DNA of 60,497 bases, filler included. It is 6 parts of 6 records of this genome, joined end to end, with 100 filler letters (N's around TTAATTAATTAA, not from the genome) between each part and the next. Parts side by side here need not be neighbours in the genome. Positions count along the whole stretch, not along the records: positions 1 to 29,346 come from SRR2962707_364; 5 more parts are not named here. One strand, given 5' to 3'. The notes under the pieces are model-generated. The model did not search any database and was not told the DNA's origin. It saw only the letters and a program-made list of their open reading frames with translations. Below are positions 1 to 15,400 of this stretch, piece by piece. Numbering within the stretch: the stretch's first letter is position 1; the number at the start of each line of letters is the position of its first letter. The translations under genes were made by a program, and so were the position numbers.

Positions 1-96
1 TCTCTCTCTCCCCCTCTACCTCTCGCTCTCCTTTCGGGCTGACTCTCGCTCTCTCTCTCCCCCTCTGCCTCTCGCTCTCCTTTCGGGCTGACTCCC
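1..96. repeat. Two-copy 49-bp tandem repeat built on a (TC)n microsatellite at the contig start
   Basis: tctctctctccccctct(a/g)cctctcgctctcctttcgggctgactc occurs at 1 and again at 50. Confidence 0.85.
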
Positions 97-403
97 GTGG
101 GCTGGTGGTGTGCATTTGTGTGGTCGCTGGCCTTTAATTCTCCAAAGAATTTTTGGACGAGCGGCACAGCTGCTGCTGCTGCCCGTCAGTTTTTGTTTTT
201 TTCCTTTGTCCGAGTTTCCAGGTTGCCTTTCGCACCTGGACGCTTGTTGATTTGTTTGGAAACAAATTGTAGCAAAACTGTAAACCTATTGTTATTTATT
301 GAGGTACTTTTTTGTCTGCTGTGAGCTGAGTTGTCAACTCAAACTCGCCAATTTTCAGTGTCCAGCGGGCTCACGGACCAAACCTGCGGTGCGCAGGTCA
401 CTG

Positions 404-3400
404 ATGGACCAGCGACCACCGTGGAGCCCTTCTTGGTCAGGAGGAACTCCCACCCCCCCAAGCGACAGTGACGAAGACAACTTGCTGCTTGACTCACCGG
501 CTGGGAGCGCGCAGCCTGCCCCTCAGAAGCTGTTGTCTCCAGAACCCTACCTCCGCCGCGGATCTGGCGAGCAGCGCCGCCTGGGACGCCTGTTCAACGA
601 CAGCCCGGCACGCTTTTCCCCAACCGGAAGTGGAAGTCCTGCTCGCAGCCCAATGCCAAGTACAGGAAGGATGCTGGCTAGCGGAAGCGGTGCGATGGAA
701 CAACAACGGCGACGTAGTGGTGGTGAGATTGGGTCACCAGTGTCCCCTGTGCCAATGCGTTCGTCGCCGGGAGGCCTGTCTTTGTCACCAGCAGAACCAT
801 CGGGTTCTGCGTCGGTCACCACGCCGCCTCGTAGCCGTCAGACACAACAGTTTTTTGCTGGCGTGCTACACTCGGCGAACCGCGCTGTGGAACTGTACAG
901 CAACCCTGAGAAAGCAGCCAAGGTTGAAGCTGCGCGGACCAAAAGGCTAAGGAGGCGTTCTTCGTCGCGGGGCCGGTCTGGTGGAGAAACTGTCAATTCC
1001 AGTTCATCGGTGACGTCGCCTGGTGGTGATTCGCTTGGACTAGCTCCCACGCACGAGCAAAGGTCAATGCAAGAATACATAAAAAAACTAGAGTCTCAAG
1101 TCGCAGAACAGCAAAGCGCTCTGGCCGAAATCGCGAAGGAGAAGGCAAGTGTGCAAAAGCAGCAACAAGCGGAACGCCAGTTGCATGGGGATGACGTGGG
1201 TCGTGGTGTCGATGCGCCTCCGCCACCACCCTCCCACACGAAAGAAGAAGAAGAAGAATTGCGCGATCTCGAGCGCCTCAAGGCCTTACAAATGGCCCGT
1301 CAACGGGCAGGGCGCGCACAGCCAGCGCCTCAGGCGCACGCCTCGCCCCCTCGGCCTTCGCAGCTTCGGATAACGACACCACCAAAGACACCCGTGGACG
1401 TTCTCAAGAAAAAGAAAAAGACACCGCAAAACATTGTGTTATCACCTGAGGCTGAGTCTTTCATTGGCGAGGTCAGTCAATGAAGTGTGTTTTTTCTGTT
1501 CGGTTGCAGGGAAGCTGCCCGCGGGCTTGGGGGTGTGCTGGCTACATTGCCTCGTGCCACATTCATGTTCCTTTCTCCGCTCTGTTTGGTATTTCTGAGC
1601 TTAAAGCTTGTTGATAAGTTGCTATTAATGATATGCTGGTTTTTGCGCAAAGGTGGTTCGAAAGAGTATCTCAGGACGATGGAAAAGCACTGTGAAGAAA
1701 GTCATGATGGCCGGTCGATTTCAAGGCCTTCTCAAAGCCGTGGGCTCTGCAGCGCGTAGTGGTGTTGAGGATAGTAGTGGAGAGGATGGCGCAAATCTTG
1801 GCAGCGATAGTCTTGGTGGTGTTGGTGCTACAATGCATCGACACACTACGAGCAGCACAGCAACTTCGCCAACTTCTGCAGGCAGTGGTGGCTCGTGGGG
1901 TTCCGATGGTACAGACGACATTAATATGGACGAGGTGCTCAAGCAGCTTGGGCTCGATGAGGACGACAGTGATGGAAGTGAAAGTGGTTCAACCACAGGG
2001 TCAAGTGGGGACTTATCTGCTAAACTGGCCAGCCTCGACAAGGCCGTAGCCCAGGCGGATGTTGAAGAGGACGCTGCCATTCTCAGTGCTGCAGCTGTGA
2101 GTCCTATTTATTATTACAATGATATGCTTGATGTTCGCCCACGAGCATATGCCTGCAGTCGAGGTTGTTAACGTGTTGTGTGCGGTTTTGTGTGTGCAGG
2201 CTGTGCTTGACGAAGGTGAGGCAGCCCTTCCAAATGAAGGGCAAACTCTCACTGTTCGACGTCCAAGCATCGAACCGGGCCACATCCTGCGGTTTGGGTT
2301 TGTAAAGCACATCGCAGCTGTGGTGTAAGAGTTTGCAGCGCCCCGAATATTTCGCCAATCTAAGTGTGTATGTGTGACTGCGCAGATCTGGTGATATCGA
2401 CACTCCAAGTGATGAATCGGATGAACCTCCAAGATCTCCCGATTCTGTCGAAACTCCGCCTTTGGATTCAGGTAATGAAAGTCCTGTCGCTGGACCTGGC
2501 GGGAGTAGTCCACACACACCACCGCCAGAAGGTGATGCTGACAGTGAAGGCATTAGGACTTCGAAACCCTCAATAGTCGAGGCTAAGCAAGATTTTGACA
2601 ACGAAGATGACGAAGAGTGGCGTCGACAGTTTTACAAAACCAAGTCCGACAATGTACCCCTGGTTTCAGAAGGTGCTCGCGCTTCCAATGCCACCAGTGG
2701 GGACGCAAATATGAGGGAGAGCGCCGCATTCGATCCGAATGAGAAAGTTTTACCCGCAATGCCGAAATCAAGCGGTGACAGTGACGACAGCACTAGCGCT
2801 GCTCTTGGGCCTGCTGTGAGGTCTGCAGACAGTCCGCGCGACGCAGTGTTGAACGCGGAAAAGTTTCCATCCTTGGACGAAGAGATTGACCAGCGTCGGG
2901 ATTTGCCGGCGGTTTCCTCAAAGGCATTCGTTCAGCAGCAGCTTTCTGATGTCACGTCAGATCCTGAGGGTGAAACCGTACGAAGCACCGACGGTTCCCA
3001 CCAAAAACAGCTTGAAGATGACGCAGCAGCTATTTCAGAACGTAATCCTGAAGAGTCGCCTACAGAAAGTACGGAAGGCCAAGCAACACTGTTCGAAGAC
3101 CAGGCAGCTACAGTAGCCACGGCGCCGACAGTAGCTTCTGCAAAAGTTGGATCAGACGTTGGTGCTGAAGCTGATGCTGCAGACCGAAGCAATGAAGGTA
3201 ATGCGGCCATGATTGTTCATGGCACTGCGGATAAAACGAACCTGAATTTATCTGCTGAACGGGGGACAATGCTCAAGTTTGACCTTCCTGCGCAAGAAAC
3301 AGTGACGCCCATGACACCTCGTGGCGGTGGACGCAGTCCAGATTCTCCGTCATTCGAGGACGAACGTGACGACGACGAAGAAGAACACATTGCGGCCTTG

Positions 3401-6400
3401 AGTTTGGACAGCGACGAGCATAGTCATGATGTTCTCGATGCGGCAACCGCCGCGGCAGAACAGGCTGCGGCAGATGCTGAGCGAGCTGTAGCGGCTGCAG
3501 AGTCAAGTGTCACCACAGAGCTAAGCCCTGATGGGGTCAATAGCACTCCTGCATCTGTTGCCGTGGTACAGAACGACATCCCAAGACATACTCAACAATC
3601 TCCTTCAGATGCTTCTGCGGATGTTGCACAAAATTTGATTGTTACTCCAGCAAACTCTGACGCAGCAGCTGTGAACACCGAAATTAGTGACAACAGTGTC
3701 AGAATTCGAGAACCGCTGCCTGATGTTGCGGGTAATGCGACTCTGCAAGTGTTGGGAGCAGACGACATAAGAGGGCAGTCTGACACAGTCAACGCTGTGG
3801 GTGATGCTGGCTCTGATGGCGATTTGCCGACTGAGCAGGGACAAAAAGCACATGCACAGCCTGAGGAACTGCCTTTGGCTGGCCTTTCTCCAAGTGAGGT
3901 TATGCCGTTGACCTTTGAAGCCAATTGTTTGATTAGTACGCCCCCTCCGCAGCGCAAGGAGGACGATGACGTGGACTTGGAAACAACACCACAAACACAG
4001 CATACCATGGTAACAGCCTCACCCAACGATACGTCCTCAATAATGGAAAGTGACCTCGATAGTACACGGCAGGACTCGCCAGCTAATGGTGATTCAATCG
4101 TTCAAAGCATTGCGCCACCAACCACAAAGAGCTCGGAAGTTCTGAGTCCTGGGGGTGACGAAGCCCAAGAAATGATCCGAGAGGTACTGGGCTCCGTCGA
4201 CAGCTTTGCTTCAAGTCGAGAGATTCATGCTAATGGTGTTCCAGGGAACACGCCCAAAAGTGGCGCTGTCGGTGGTTCCAGTAACACAGGCCGTGGAGGC
4301 TTTGGAGGGTCAGGTTTAGGGGACGACGAAAACAAGATCCAAGATGATGAAGAAAAATCTGCCGATGCGCCAACCCCGCCCCTAGACCCCGAAGCATTGG
4401 CTCAGGCGGCAAAAGCCGCTCGTAAAGCACGAGAAGACGCGTTTGTGGAGAGCTGTGCAGCGTTTGCAAAGTCAGTACTTTGCGCTCAACAATTGCTTGT
4501 GAAAAAACCTACTCACCGCGGTTCCACTTGCACACCCACGTGCCAATTGATCTGGTTGTCTGATTTTGCAGGTACCAAGCTTACCGTAATCTTGGAACAG
4601 CCGAAGGGCAACGCGAACTTCTTATGGACTACGCCGAGCTGCAACTCGACGACGATCCTTCTACTTCCGGTCTTGGACTGCAGATGGCCATTGGTCACGG
4701 CAAAACTGGTGGCGCTGAAGCTGTGGATAGTGCCAGCGGGCAAGGCGTTGAATCAATTGCTGTTGTTCGACCTGTATTCGACTCGGACCGTGTGTTTGCA
4801 TTATTCGATGTTGATCGTGACGGGATTCTTGACGTGAGCGATTTCAAGGAGATGCTCCGTGAGCTTGGGATTCATGCACCGCTGCCTCGCTTGATCAGTG
4901 CACTTTTAACGTTTGATGACGGAGCAAAAGGGTATGATGGGCCTGCTATTGTCGTTCTGAGCGCCCTTGTGGCGTCGCGGAAACTGAGAGCGAAATGTTC
5001 CTTGTGTGGCTTTTGTATGTGCATTTGTCGGTGTCGTAGGTACTTAACACGGGAAGAGTTTCGGAACTGGGCAGCTTCATCAGATCATGTTAGCCCTGCC
5101 GAAGCGGCTTGGGTACAGAAATTGCTGACGGAGGGGGACTTCTGGGGACATGCGTCCCGGCGTCGGGATGTTATCTTTCGAAGAGTGTCTGCTGCACGGA
5201 AGGCAGCAAAGTCCGACGTGCGCCGGCATAAACTCATTCATGGCTCTGCAGTGTGCGTTGGCTAGTTTACGGCTGAAAGCGTGAAGTGATTGAGGTAGAT
5301 AGTGTACATTGACTTACCCGCGAGCCGGGTACTCACTACATCGAATTTTGCTGCAGGTATAGCCGACGTGGTAGCGGCAACAGTGGAACCATGGGCAATT
5401 CATCCTCCACCGGGCTGGACACGTCTAAACACTTGTTTGCGGCTGACGTATGCAAAGCCCACATGGCAGACTTGGACGCCGTGCTCAGCTCAAAGGAGGG
5501 GCGAACAATTGTGGCGCAACAGGAGAAGGCTCAACACCTAAATTGGACTCAGTCATCGTCAACTGAATCTTCTGGCTCAAAGCACACGAAGAGTTCCCGA
5601 CGTGGGTCGCTTGGATCACCTCGCACGTCTGTTCCTACAGTCGAAGCATTTTTGCGTTTATTTGACGTTGACGGAAGCGGAGATCTGGACCCATGGGAGG
5701 TCGCGATGTTACTGGACGCAGTTGGTGTTATTCACAATGACCGTGACGTGATGAACTTATTCTTGGACAGCTCACTTTCACGGCCGTCGACTGTGTCGGA
5801 AAAAGAGTCAAATTCCCGAGGCGCTAGCTCAAGCCAAGCGAGTATTGTGGACACTGGCATCGGACCAGTGGTGCACACTTCGACGGGCGGCACGCCAGTG
5901 TTCCATATGCGACATGGTGCGCCTCAAATTTCATTGCGAGCTCTTCAGGAGGTTTTAATGACACCCGTAGATAAAACTAAGGGCTCCCCGCGGTCGCGCA
6001 TCCGCACGCGGTCGTCAAGCCTTGACCTCACCGGCTGCCCAGCACCCTTGGCCAGCACCGAAAATGCCTGGACGCGCAGCGATTTTGAGCAGCAGTTGGC
6101 ATACTCGTTTCAAAAGGCCTTTAAGGTTCTCAGCCACGACCGTCGCAAGCTTGGCATGGTGTGTGCTCGACAGGCTTTGGCTCGAGCAGTGATTGTACGT
6201 CATAAAGAATCGGCGGAAAGGGACTTCGTGCGCGCTCATACATTCGACGCCGAAAAGGCTCTGGCGGAGTTTGCATCATCAAGCGACCGACAACGCAACG
6301 CGCGGTTTGTGCGGCAGGCTGACAACCTCTGTGTGCTGACTTTTTTTTACGTGTGAAAACAATATCGTTGGATGTATTTATTGTTGACATGTCAGTTTGT

Positions 6401-9400
6401 GCGTAGGTACTACTGTGGTGCCGTTCCTGTGCCGGACTGCGTTGCACGGCTCGAAGCTGCACTTGCCGTGGCCCAGCAACAAAGTGCTCCAATCGATGAT
6501 GCTGACCATGCAAGTGCTCGCTGCAAAGGCGTACACCCGAAGGCTCGTGCAGCTGTGGTTGCCAGGGACATAACTCCATTTGATGACTTGCGTGGCTACT
6601 TGCAGAAAAAAAGTGCGTGTGACTGATTCGCGCTCAAGTTGCTTGTACATATCGTTCGCTTTAGTTGTGGGGCTTATGGTTTTACACTCACTCACGTGGC
6701 CTGTGCTGTCGACTCATTTTGCATACATGCATGACATACATACGACATACATGCACGATAAAAGGTTCAAGTGGAACATATCAACGGCGCTATTTTAGTG
6801 TGCGCAATGAGTTTGTGAACTACTACTCAAATCAGCATGACTTTGAGACAAAACCTGTCGAAAAGCTGTCTGGAACGTTCAATTTGCGCTCGTGCAGCCA
6901 CGTGGGTGACGGCGAAAATGACGACACCGGGTCTCAGACGGCGAGCCCAATTCTGCGGAAAAAATCCAAGTCACACGGCCGAAAAAAGAAGCCACGGATA
7001 GTTCTTTTTTTCCACGGCAACTTGGAGTGCCGATTGATGGCTGCTTCGCTCAAGGAAGCGGATCACTGGCGCAAGCAATTGCAAGATCGTGTCTTATGGT
7101 TCCGTGAAAAGCCTGCTGATGCTGAGCCAGAAGCAATCGCCCCAGTGTTAGAGTCGCCACGCGTTCGCCGTGCCCGGCGGGCGTCTATTGAAGCTGCCGC
7201 AGCAGAAGCCAAACGCAAGAGAGAGCAGGAGGAGGACGACGAAAAAGAACGGTGGGCGAAGGAACAAGAATCTTCTTCATCTCGTGCCGTTTCTTTATTG
7301 CATGCTGAACACTCGCCAGAAGAACTCCAAGCCCAAAAGGAGATAGATTTGGCCGTCCACGAGGAGCTTGCAGGACCAAAGCGCCAAGAAGGTGGCCACG
7401 ATGGCGTTCGAGCTGTCGGCGAAACCCCTGACCACACTGTCGGGAGTGAAGATGGCCAAGATAGTTTTGGTGCCAACGAGCGCTGTGTTGCGAATGACGA
7501 GGATTTAGTTTTACACCCAGCAGGACCTCAGCATGAAGCTGCCAACTTGGCTGGGGGCGAGATGTTGTCCCCTTCCGCTGCGGGTTTGACTGTCGCCAAA
7601 CACGTTGCCACAGAAAGTGCGGAAATTGCCACTTTTGCAACTCCTTCCCGCTTGCCGTCGGCAAAAGATACTGCACTTGCAACCCCATTACTGGACACCA
7701 GTGCCTGTACGGAGCTCACCCCCGAAGTGGAGGAAAAGCAGAACTTTCAGTTTACGCCTTCGCCGTACGACTCCCAGCAAACTCCTATGCAACTTTTCCG
7801 AGCTGGCAGCATGAAGTCTGTGCTTGAAGACCCGCAAGGTGCCACACTTTCTCAGTTGCTGCTTCCTTCGATAGGCACCGACAACGTGCACTTCTTAGGG
7901 ATCACTGAGGATGGCGATTGGTTTATGCGCTCCTATGCCACTCCCGGGCAACCGCGGCAACAGCGTGCTGGTTTGATCCAAACAGATTTTCTGGATGTGA
8001 CCTCAGGCCAGTCCGTTCTGGAGTGCCCACCAACACTTTCCGAATTCTTTGATAACCAGGTGTCGCAGCCAACGAAACTTGCTGTGCTTGAAGCAAAGGA
8101 ATTGCAACGTCGCTCAGAGGAGCTCGAGTACGTCCACAACCAGGTTGAAAAGGCATCGTCTGCGCTTCGGAAGGCGCTTGATTCTTCGCTGCAAGGCAAG
8201 CTAATTCTTATGCGCGAAGCAGTGCACCAATGCAAAATCCGGCGGTCTTTGCCCGCAGAAAGACAGTGGCTGGCGCGTGTACGCGCTGCTTTTGATCATT
8301 TTGACCGTCGCAATACAGGATCGGTCAATTTCGATCAATTCCTGAACGGTTTGCAGTTGGTTTCCAAAACTTTTGGAACAGCTCTCGAAGTTGATGGTGT
8401 TGACCTCCGTGTGGCGCGCACCGGACTACCATCTTCATCTGCGGGGCGATATTCTGACTCTCAGCTACGGAACATGCTTGTGCACTCCATTCGTGCCATG
8501 TCTGCAGTGGCTGTCAGCGCTCTGTTTCAGCACTTGGTGAATTTACCGAATACAGGGAGCTCCTTGTTCGCGGATGGTGGCCATGTTTCGGCTTCATTCA
8601 TCACGACAGCTTCTGCTGGCGAATTAAGCCGCATTCAATTTTGTCGATTTTTTGGTGGTCCCTGTCCGGCTTTACCTGCGGCCCGAGTGCTTTTTGATGA
8701 GACGCCCATGGACCTGAGCACTGCGGCCTTCACGGCGTGGGTGATGCTTCACCACTTTTTTGATCACCGCCAAGAGGCGGAACATATCAAGCAGCTTAAG
8801 GCTGAGGTCACTGATTTTCTGACCTCACAGGCAGTCGCTAATCTTGATGCGTCTGAAGAGGCTTTATTGCGGCCAGACGTTATGTCAAAAATTGAAGGTT
8901 GTGACATCTCAGTTGCGCGAAAGCAGGTTATTTTAGAAACTGAAGAGCGAATGCTCTTCACATCCATCGAAAGTTTTCGATTACGGCACCCAGTGTACTA
9001 TGTACACCCAATCGACAAAAGCACGCATGTCGAGGGTGCAAGCGATGTTGCACGCAATCAGGACCAAGTACGCGATGGTTCATCAAAACTCATCCAAACG
9101 CCTGCAAAACAACGTCGCCTGAGTCTACGCGGTGGCCGCTCAGATTCCTTGATCACTAATTCTGCCAAAGGACCAGTAGACTTTGCCTCGCTTGCATTGG
9201 GTTCATCGCCGCGAAACTCTGCGGATGCCTCAGGCCTGCAACGCCGCATGTCTTTCAGTCCCTCGCCCCGAGCATCGTCTGGCAATGATACTTTCCAGCG
9301 ACGGTTGAGTTCAAATAGTTTGACCATTGATGCTCAGGGAGGAACCTCTCCCGCTGGCACTCAACTTGTGTCAACAACGCTTCCGAGTGGACCGCGTAGC

Positions 9401-12400
9401 GGAAATGGAAGTGAAGTGCACGCATTCAGCTCAAGTGAAGCTTTATCAGTGGCGCAAACAAAGCAGGTGCTGCTTCTCAATACAAATGTGACGTCCCTAA
9501 AAAAAGAGCAAGGTTCAAAGTTAGTGCAGACGCTGCGAAAAAGTCTGTCTCCTCGTTCACGACACAGCAACACGAAGCTGCCGGCGTCGAAAGACAGCAC
9601 TGACCAGGGGGGCGGACGTTTTGCTGCCAGTGAGCCCGAGCCTTACCTTGTCGTGCGACGTTGTGTCCTAAATTCACCGACTTTGAATCGTTTTGGAAAG
9701 AGTGGCGAACTTCATGACGATAAAACTACTTGGCACTGGGAGGAAGTTGCCCGCACTTCCCGCCTCGATTCAGCTTCTCTAAGCGATGTAAGATCTTGGC
9801 GACCGCTGGCAATTCCGCTACAGTTGCTGCTGGGCTACCATGACGAGGTCATTGGACTTCCACAGCTTCAAGCTCTTGGACCCGTTCTGTCCGAGACTTT
9901 GTTGTCACTGGAACTTGAGGTGTTTGACGCACGCAATGACTGGTCAATTGGACACACTCGGCTTTCGCTTCTTGAGGTTTTGGGAGTGGAGGAAATGATT
10001 CTGCTTATGGCTGAGCATAAAGCGCAGACTCTGGAGCGCCTTGGCAAGCAAGTTGAAGCAACTGATTTGGTTGCCGAGCTTGTGTGCCAACTCATGCCTG
10101 AGGATGTGGACATTCGCCGCAACGTTCTATTTGAAACGGACTTACTCTCTCGGAAGAGGAACTCTGTTCACGGCGGTCTGTTCGGGTCGATGATGGTCGT
10201 GAAGGAAACGTCGGTGACGTCATCGAGAAGACGGCATATTGCCAACGTAAAGCGTCAGATTCGAACTTCAGTGAAAGAAAAACAAGCAGATCGTGAACGG
10301 CGCCAGCGTGAGGGAGAGTTGGCAGCAGTGTCTGCGGCTGCTGAGGAAACTACCGCTAAGCTCGAGGCTGCGGTGCAGCACAATAGTTCTGATGGCAGTG
10401 GGGACCAACGACTATCGAACGAGCTTCGCAATCACGACGAAGGCCAACGAGAACAGTCGCAAGGGTCTAGGAACTCAGTGGACAGCGAGTCTGTAAGTGC
10501 TGGATCTGGCTTTGATGACACGTCTGACGGTGAACCGGAGGAGACAGTCGAGGAGCTTCTTGAAAAGATTCGAGCTTCGATTCGAGCCGCACGGACAGCG
10601 GACGTGAATGTGGCGGAATTTGAACGTATTATTAATGAGCTAGCTGATGCCTATGAAATTACTGATGAATCTTCAGCTTCATTGCGCGAGACACGTTCGT
10701 TGCTGGAGGCGCGAAAGGCGGCCGACCACGCGTTGTCCGCTGCACTGGATAATTTGGTTGTTGCCATTGACGAATGCGCGGCTCGTCGCACGGCTGAGAG
10801 CGCAGCTCAAGTTGCTGCTGCAATCGCAGCGTTGCGAGATAAATCCAAAGAATCTGGAAGTGAGAATCTGCCAGCGGTTGACAGTATCGACACCGAATGG
10901 TATCGTTCGCGTTGTGCAACCACAATTGCTGATGCTGAAAGCCTTTTGAAGCAGGTTGCGATTGAAATCAAATCACGAGGTACTATTGCCCGCTTAGAAG
11001 AACTCCTTCACAACGCGGAGACACGCATTGCTACCGCTATTGCCTCCCAGAATTTCTTAGACGAGCGCGAGTGTGGAAATTGGATCGATCAAATCGCGAC
11101 GGCATCCCAGGCTGCCGGACAAGTCTCTGCTGTTGTGGACAATCTTGAAACGGCACGAAGAAGTGTTCCACTTGATGAATTACCATGCATTGCACGCGCT
11201 GAGAATTTGTTGGCGCAGTTCAATGCTTTCTTCCACTTTCAACGAGCTGCATCTGAGGTTTACAAAACGCTTGGTCTCATCGCAGCACATCCATTCGAAC
11301 TCTCTGTTGGAAGTGCAGCAATTAGAAACCTTGCAACAAAACTCCATGCCGTCGAGTCTTGCGCCACTGCGTGTTTATCGCTCGTGCAGCCTGCAGACTC
11401 ACGTCCGCTGCTGCCGAAAGCATGGCGAGGGGATGGTGCACGTGACGCGATCAATGGACCTCCGCCTGCTTCTGAATCCCTCTTGGGCCGGGCAATGTTG
11501 CAATTACGAGCTCGCAATGCTCTTGCCGGCGTGAACGCGGTTGTTGTTGCCCACCGAGTCAGAAGTCGTAGTGTGAGTCGTGACAACGCCGAAAACGAAG
11601 TGCTTTCGGATGGATCAAATGACATAACTTCGGTAAAGCCTGAGGACGCTGGGCTTGATTGCAGAGACGTTCACGATCTGGAACGTATGTTTGCCGCTGC
11701 CAATGACTTCCTCGCGCGCTTGTCTGCCGCTGCTCGGCGGCAGCGAAAGGTTGATACTGCCAACGGGGAATTATCTTCTGCATTGAAAGCGTTCTTGGAC
11801 GGGACCCAGGATATCGACGAATTTCGGATGGTCGTGAACCGTGTAGGTGCTTCGTCCGCAGGGCTTAGTGACTCAGCGCTCGACGACCTCGTCGAAGAAT
11901 GTCGGGAGCTGTTGATTGTGGAAAGTGGAGCCCAAGGCCTTGTGGACGCTACTGAAGCCCTCCAAAAGTTGATCGCACAGTGTCGCGAAAGTGAAGATAT
12001 TGTAGCACTTCGTGACGGTATGGCCGTTGCGCGTGCGGCCGCCACTGAGGCTACTAAAGCTGGCGCAGCCATCAGTGCCGCTCATGTGACTTTACTTGAA
12101 GACGCGCAGCGCTTGTTCGATGACCTGCGAGCTGCACAGGCGGACCGTGAACGGCTGGAGCGGGAGACAGTCAAAACCAGGAAAGCGCAGCAAGTGACGA
12201 TGCAACGAGCTGAAGCCGAAAAAATCAAGGCTGAAGAAATTGCTGCCCTTGACGATGCTGCACGCGAAGTTCTTGTTAAGTGTGTTGCGGATTCGCGCCA
12301 TGCACTGCTTGAAGTAGAACAGGAGTGCGATCGACTATGTGCGCTCATGGGCCAATCTGATGAGGTTGCTTCCACACGATGCCGCCTTACTGGCGCCGAC

Positions 12401-15400
12401 GAGGTCAATCAAGTAAATGCCGCAACGCTTCGCCACTCCGAACTTGTTCAGTTACAGAAACAGTTAGATGAAGCCATCGATGCTTGCCCGGACGGTAATT
12501 TGGACCTTGACGACGAAGCCATGCAAACGTCAGAGGACTTATCAAATGCGATTCCTGTTGCACAGCTGCTGGGTGCAATTGTGGTTGCAATGTGTGAAGG
12601 AGGTGGTCCAAAGGGCCTCAAGGATGCCCTGGCAGAGGCTGCGTCCAACGGCTTGAGCAAAAGGCATCGTGTTGTCGCCGCAGCCATACGGCTCATGAAA
12701 GCCCTCGATCGTGCGAAGGCTGTCAAGGAAGCAGTTGCAGATGTCAATCGTGCAATAGGAGCTCATTTAGATGGGCGGTACGGGATGTGGTTTATTCAGT
12801 CATGCCCGAAAAAAAAACGAAATGAATTGAGATTTGGTCTGACGTGCGCCGCGTTTGCGTTGTTTGCTCATGCTAGGCTTCCTGATATTACAGAGTTTGT
12901 TTCCGTTCTTGACGAAGTTGCTTCTCGTCAAATGTGCTGTGGCGACCTCGAGTTAGAAGCTGTTTTGGCCCGAGCTCGAGCATATGCGGGAGCGCAGGAC
13001 GCTCACAGCCGACGCGAGGCACGCCTCGCCGCCCTTCGAACAGCTATCGGCGATTGTCGTCGAACTCAGAAAATTCAAGGTCTGGAGGCCGCTCTGCGAG
13101 AAGCTGATCGCAGCAGTGCTGCTGAGGTCTCATCATCGCCGCCATCTGAATCAGAGAGCTGCATTGTTGCAGATCCTGACCTTGAAGCGCTTCGCTTCGA
13201 GGCCAATACCCTCATTAGTGAGCTGAAGCAGATGGCATTTCTTGCGTCGGTTAGAGCTAAAATGGAGGACGTCGTTGTTATTGCACGCGATATCGTTTCG
13301 AAGCACAAACTTGATGGCGTTCAAGAAATTGTCAGCGCTGTCGACTCAAACGTTCTTCAGACCCTTCAAGACAAGCTAGGGCGCAGCATTTCTGCAACAA
13401 GGAACGCATTGGCTGAGGTGCACAGTCATTTGGAGCGTCCCAAGGTTGCTGCACCGGCCTTGGAGGCAGCAACACAAACAATTGAGGACGCAAGTGAAGT
13501 TTTACAAGCGCTTGAAGACATCGCTGCTCGACGAACATTAGCCAAGGCGGTAATATCAGCTCGGGAGAGCCGGGAAGCGGCGCCTCTTCGTGCAATGTTG
13601 GCCCCTTCGCTTCTCAATGCAGGAAGGTCTGGGATCTCAGAGCGTGTAAAAGCGGATGACTGCATCCGAGCGGCTGCACAAAATCTCCTCGAAGAATTAG
13701 ATGCTGCCATGAAAGTTGAGCAAGCGGTATCGAAGGTCAACGACGCAACTTTAGTTTATCTTGCCTCAACACACGCTCATTTGCTCGTGGGCACCGATGG
13801 TCAAGCGCCGACCACTGCACAAGCCAACAGTGACCAGGCTTTGGTTCAGTTTGTGTCAATTATCGCGGAAGTGGAAGCCTCTGGATTGGGAGATAATGCT
13901 CGGCTTGGCCCTATGCTTGCGCGTGCTCACAGCATCATCGATCAGCGGCGTGAAATTGACCGCTTGATGAAGATCCGATCCGATCTTCACGAATCAATGA
14001 CAGTAGCCCGCCGGACCCGAGACCAATCGCTTCTGGAAAAGGCCATTGTAAAGGCCCGAAGTGCTGTGCAAAATCCAGATATTGCTGCAACACATTCCAG
14101 TTCGGAGTCTCATTCACGCCTCGAGCCCACAAACTCCCGTGAGGCCGTTCGTCGAATATCCATTGCGCTGAACTCTGAAATAGACGAGGCCACTGCACTT
14201 GTGAGTGAGATGGGCAAGCATCGCACAGCTTCTGCTGCCCTCGAAGCATTGGAAAGTTTGTTGGGACATGGGCGCAAGATATTTGAAGAAGGCCTTGGCA
14301 ATGCGACTCCAGCAGGTGCTGCTGTTGCAGCGGATTTGCAAAAAAAATTGCAAGTGTCGATGAGGTCAATCCAACAAGTGTGAGTTCAGTGATTCAGTGA
14401 CGTTGGCCTGGCTGGCGTGCTGCGCATGTTATGTTTTGAGAGCGATATTTATGCCCTCTTTGTGCGACGCCGCCATTTTTTAGGAATGTTTACTGACATT
14501 CTGTGTACCGGTATTTCTTTTTTCAACACGCAGGTATGGTCTTGATGCCAGCACGCTCCAGATTCGATCCGCAATGGAGCTCAGTGACGCGCTCGGCATC
14601 CTTTCACTACAAAGAGCATTGACGGCAGCCTGTGACGACGCCGAGAGGGCTCGTGTGGCCGTGGACCTACAGGTTGCTCTCGAAGCAGCCACGCACAATC
14701 CAACCAACGCCGACAGCGGCCCTGATTTCCTTTCAGAAGGTGACCCGGTGCGCTGTCGCGCAGAACATGTAGTTCGCGTGCTGGCTTGGGAAAAAGCAGT
14801 GAGCGATGCATTGCGTTCGGTAACAGACGCATTGGACATGTACAGCAAGGGAGCAACTGATTTTATTTCGTTGGTATCTTGCGTTGCCCACGTTGAAAGC
14901 CAAGGTCTGCTTGCCAACAATCCAACAAAGTTAGATGCTGATTGCACTCCGCTAACTGCGTCGGATGCACATGGTGAGGTCAAAGCCTGTGCTGAGAAGC
15001 TCACAAATGCGCTCAATGAAGCTCACTCAAAGATTGCCAGCGTACAGGAAGCGCGTAGGGTCGCAGACATGCGCCGAGACTTCCAAGAAAAGTTGCACCG
15101 ATTCCGTGTTAAACCCGATAGTCTCAATGCCGAAGCTGCACTAGCCGGTGCGGTGGTAAATGCACGTGATGGCGGCAATGATACAGATCTTCAAGATCTA
15201 ATCATCGATGCTGAGCGTGCACTCGAGGCGCATCACGCAGCTAAGCGAAGGAGTGATGCGATTGCCACCGTGACGCGAGCAATGGCAGACGCGCGTGAAC
15301 TTTTGGATCGCGAAAGTCGCTCTGCTGTGTCGACCGGCTTGCACTCTCCGCTCCGAACGCACATCAATGGCAATGCCGGGACCTCTCCAGCACGTGGGTA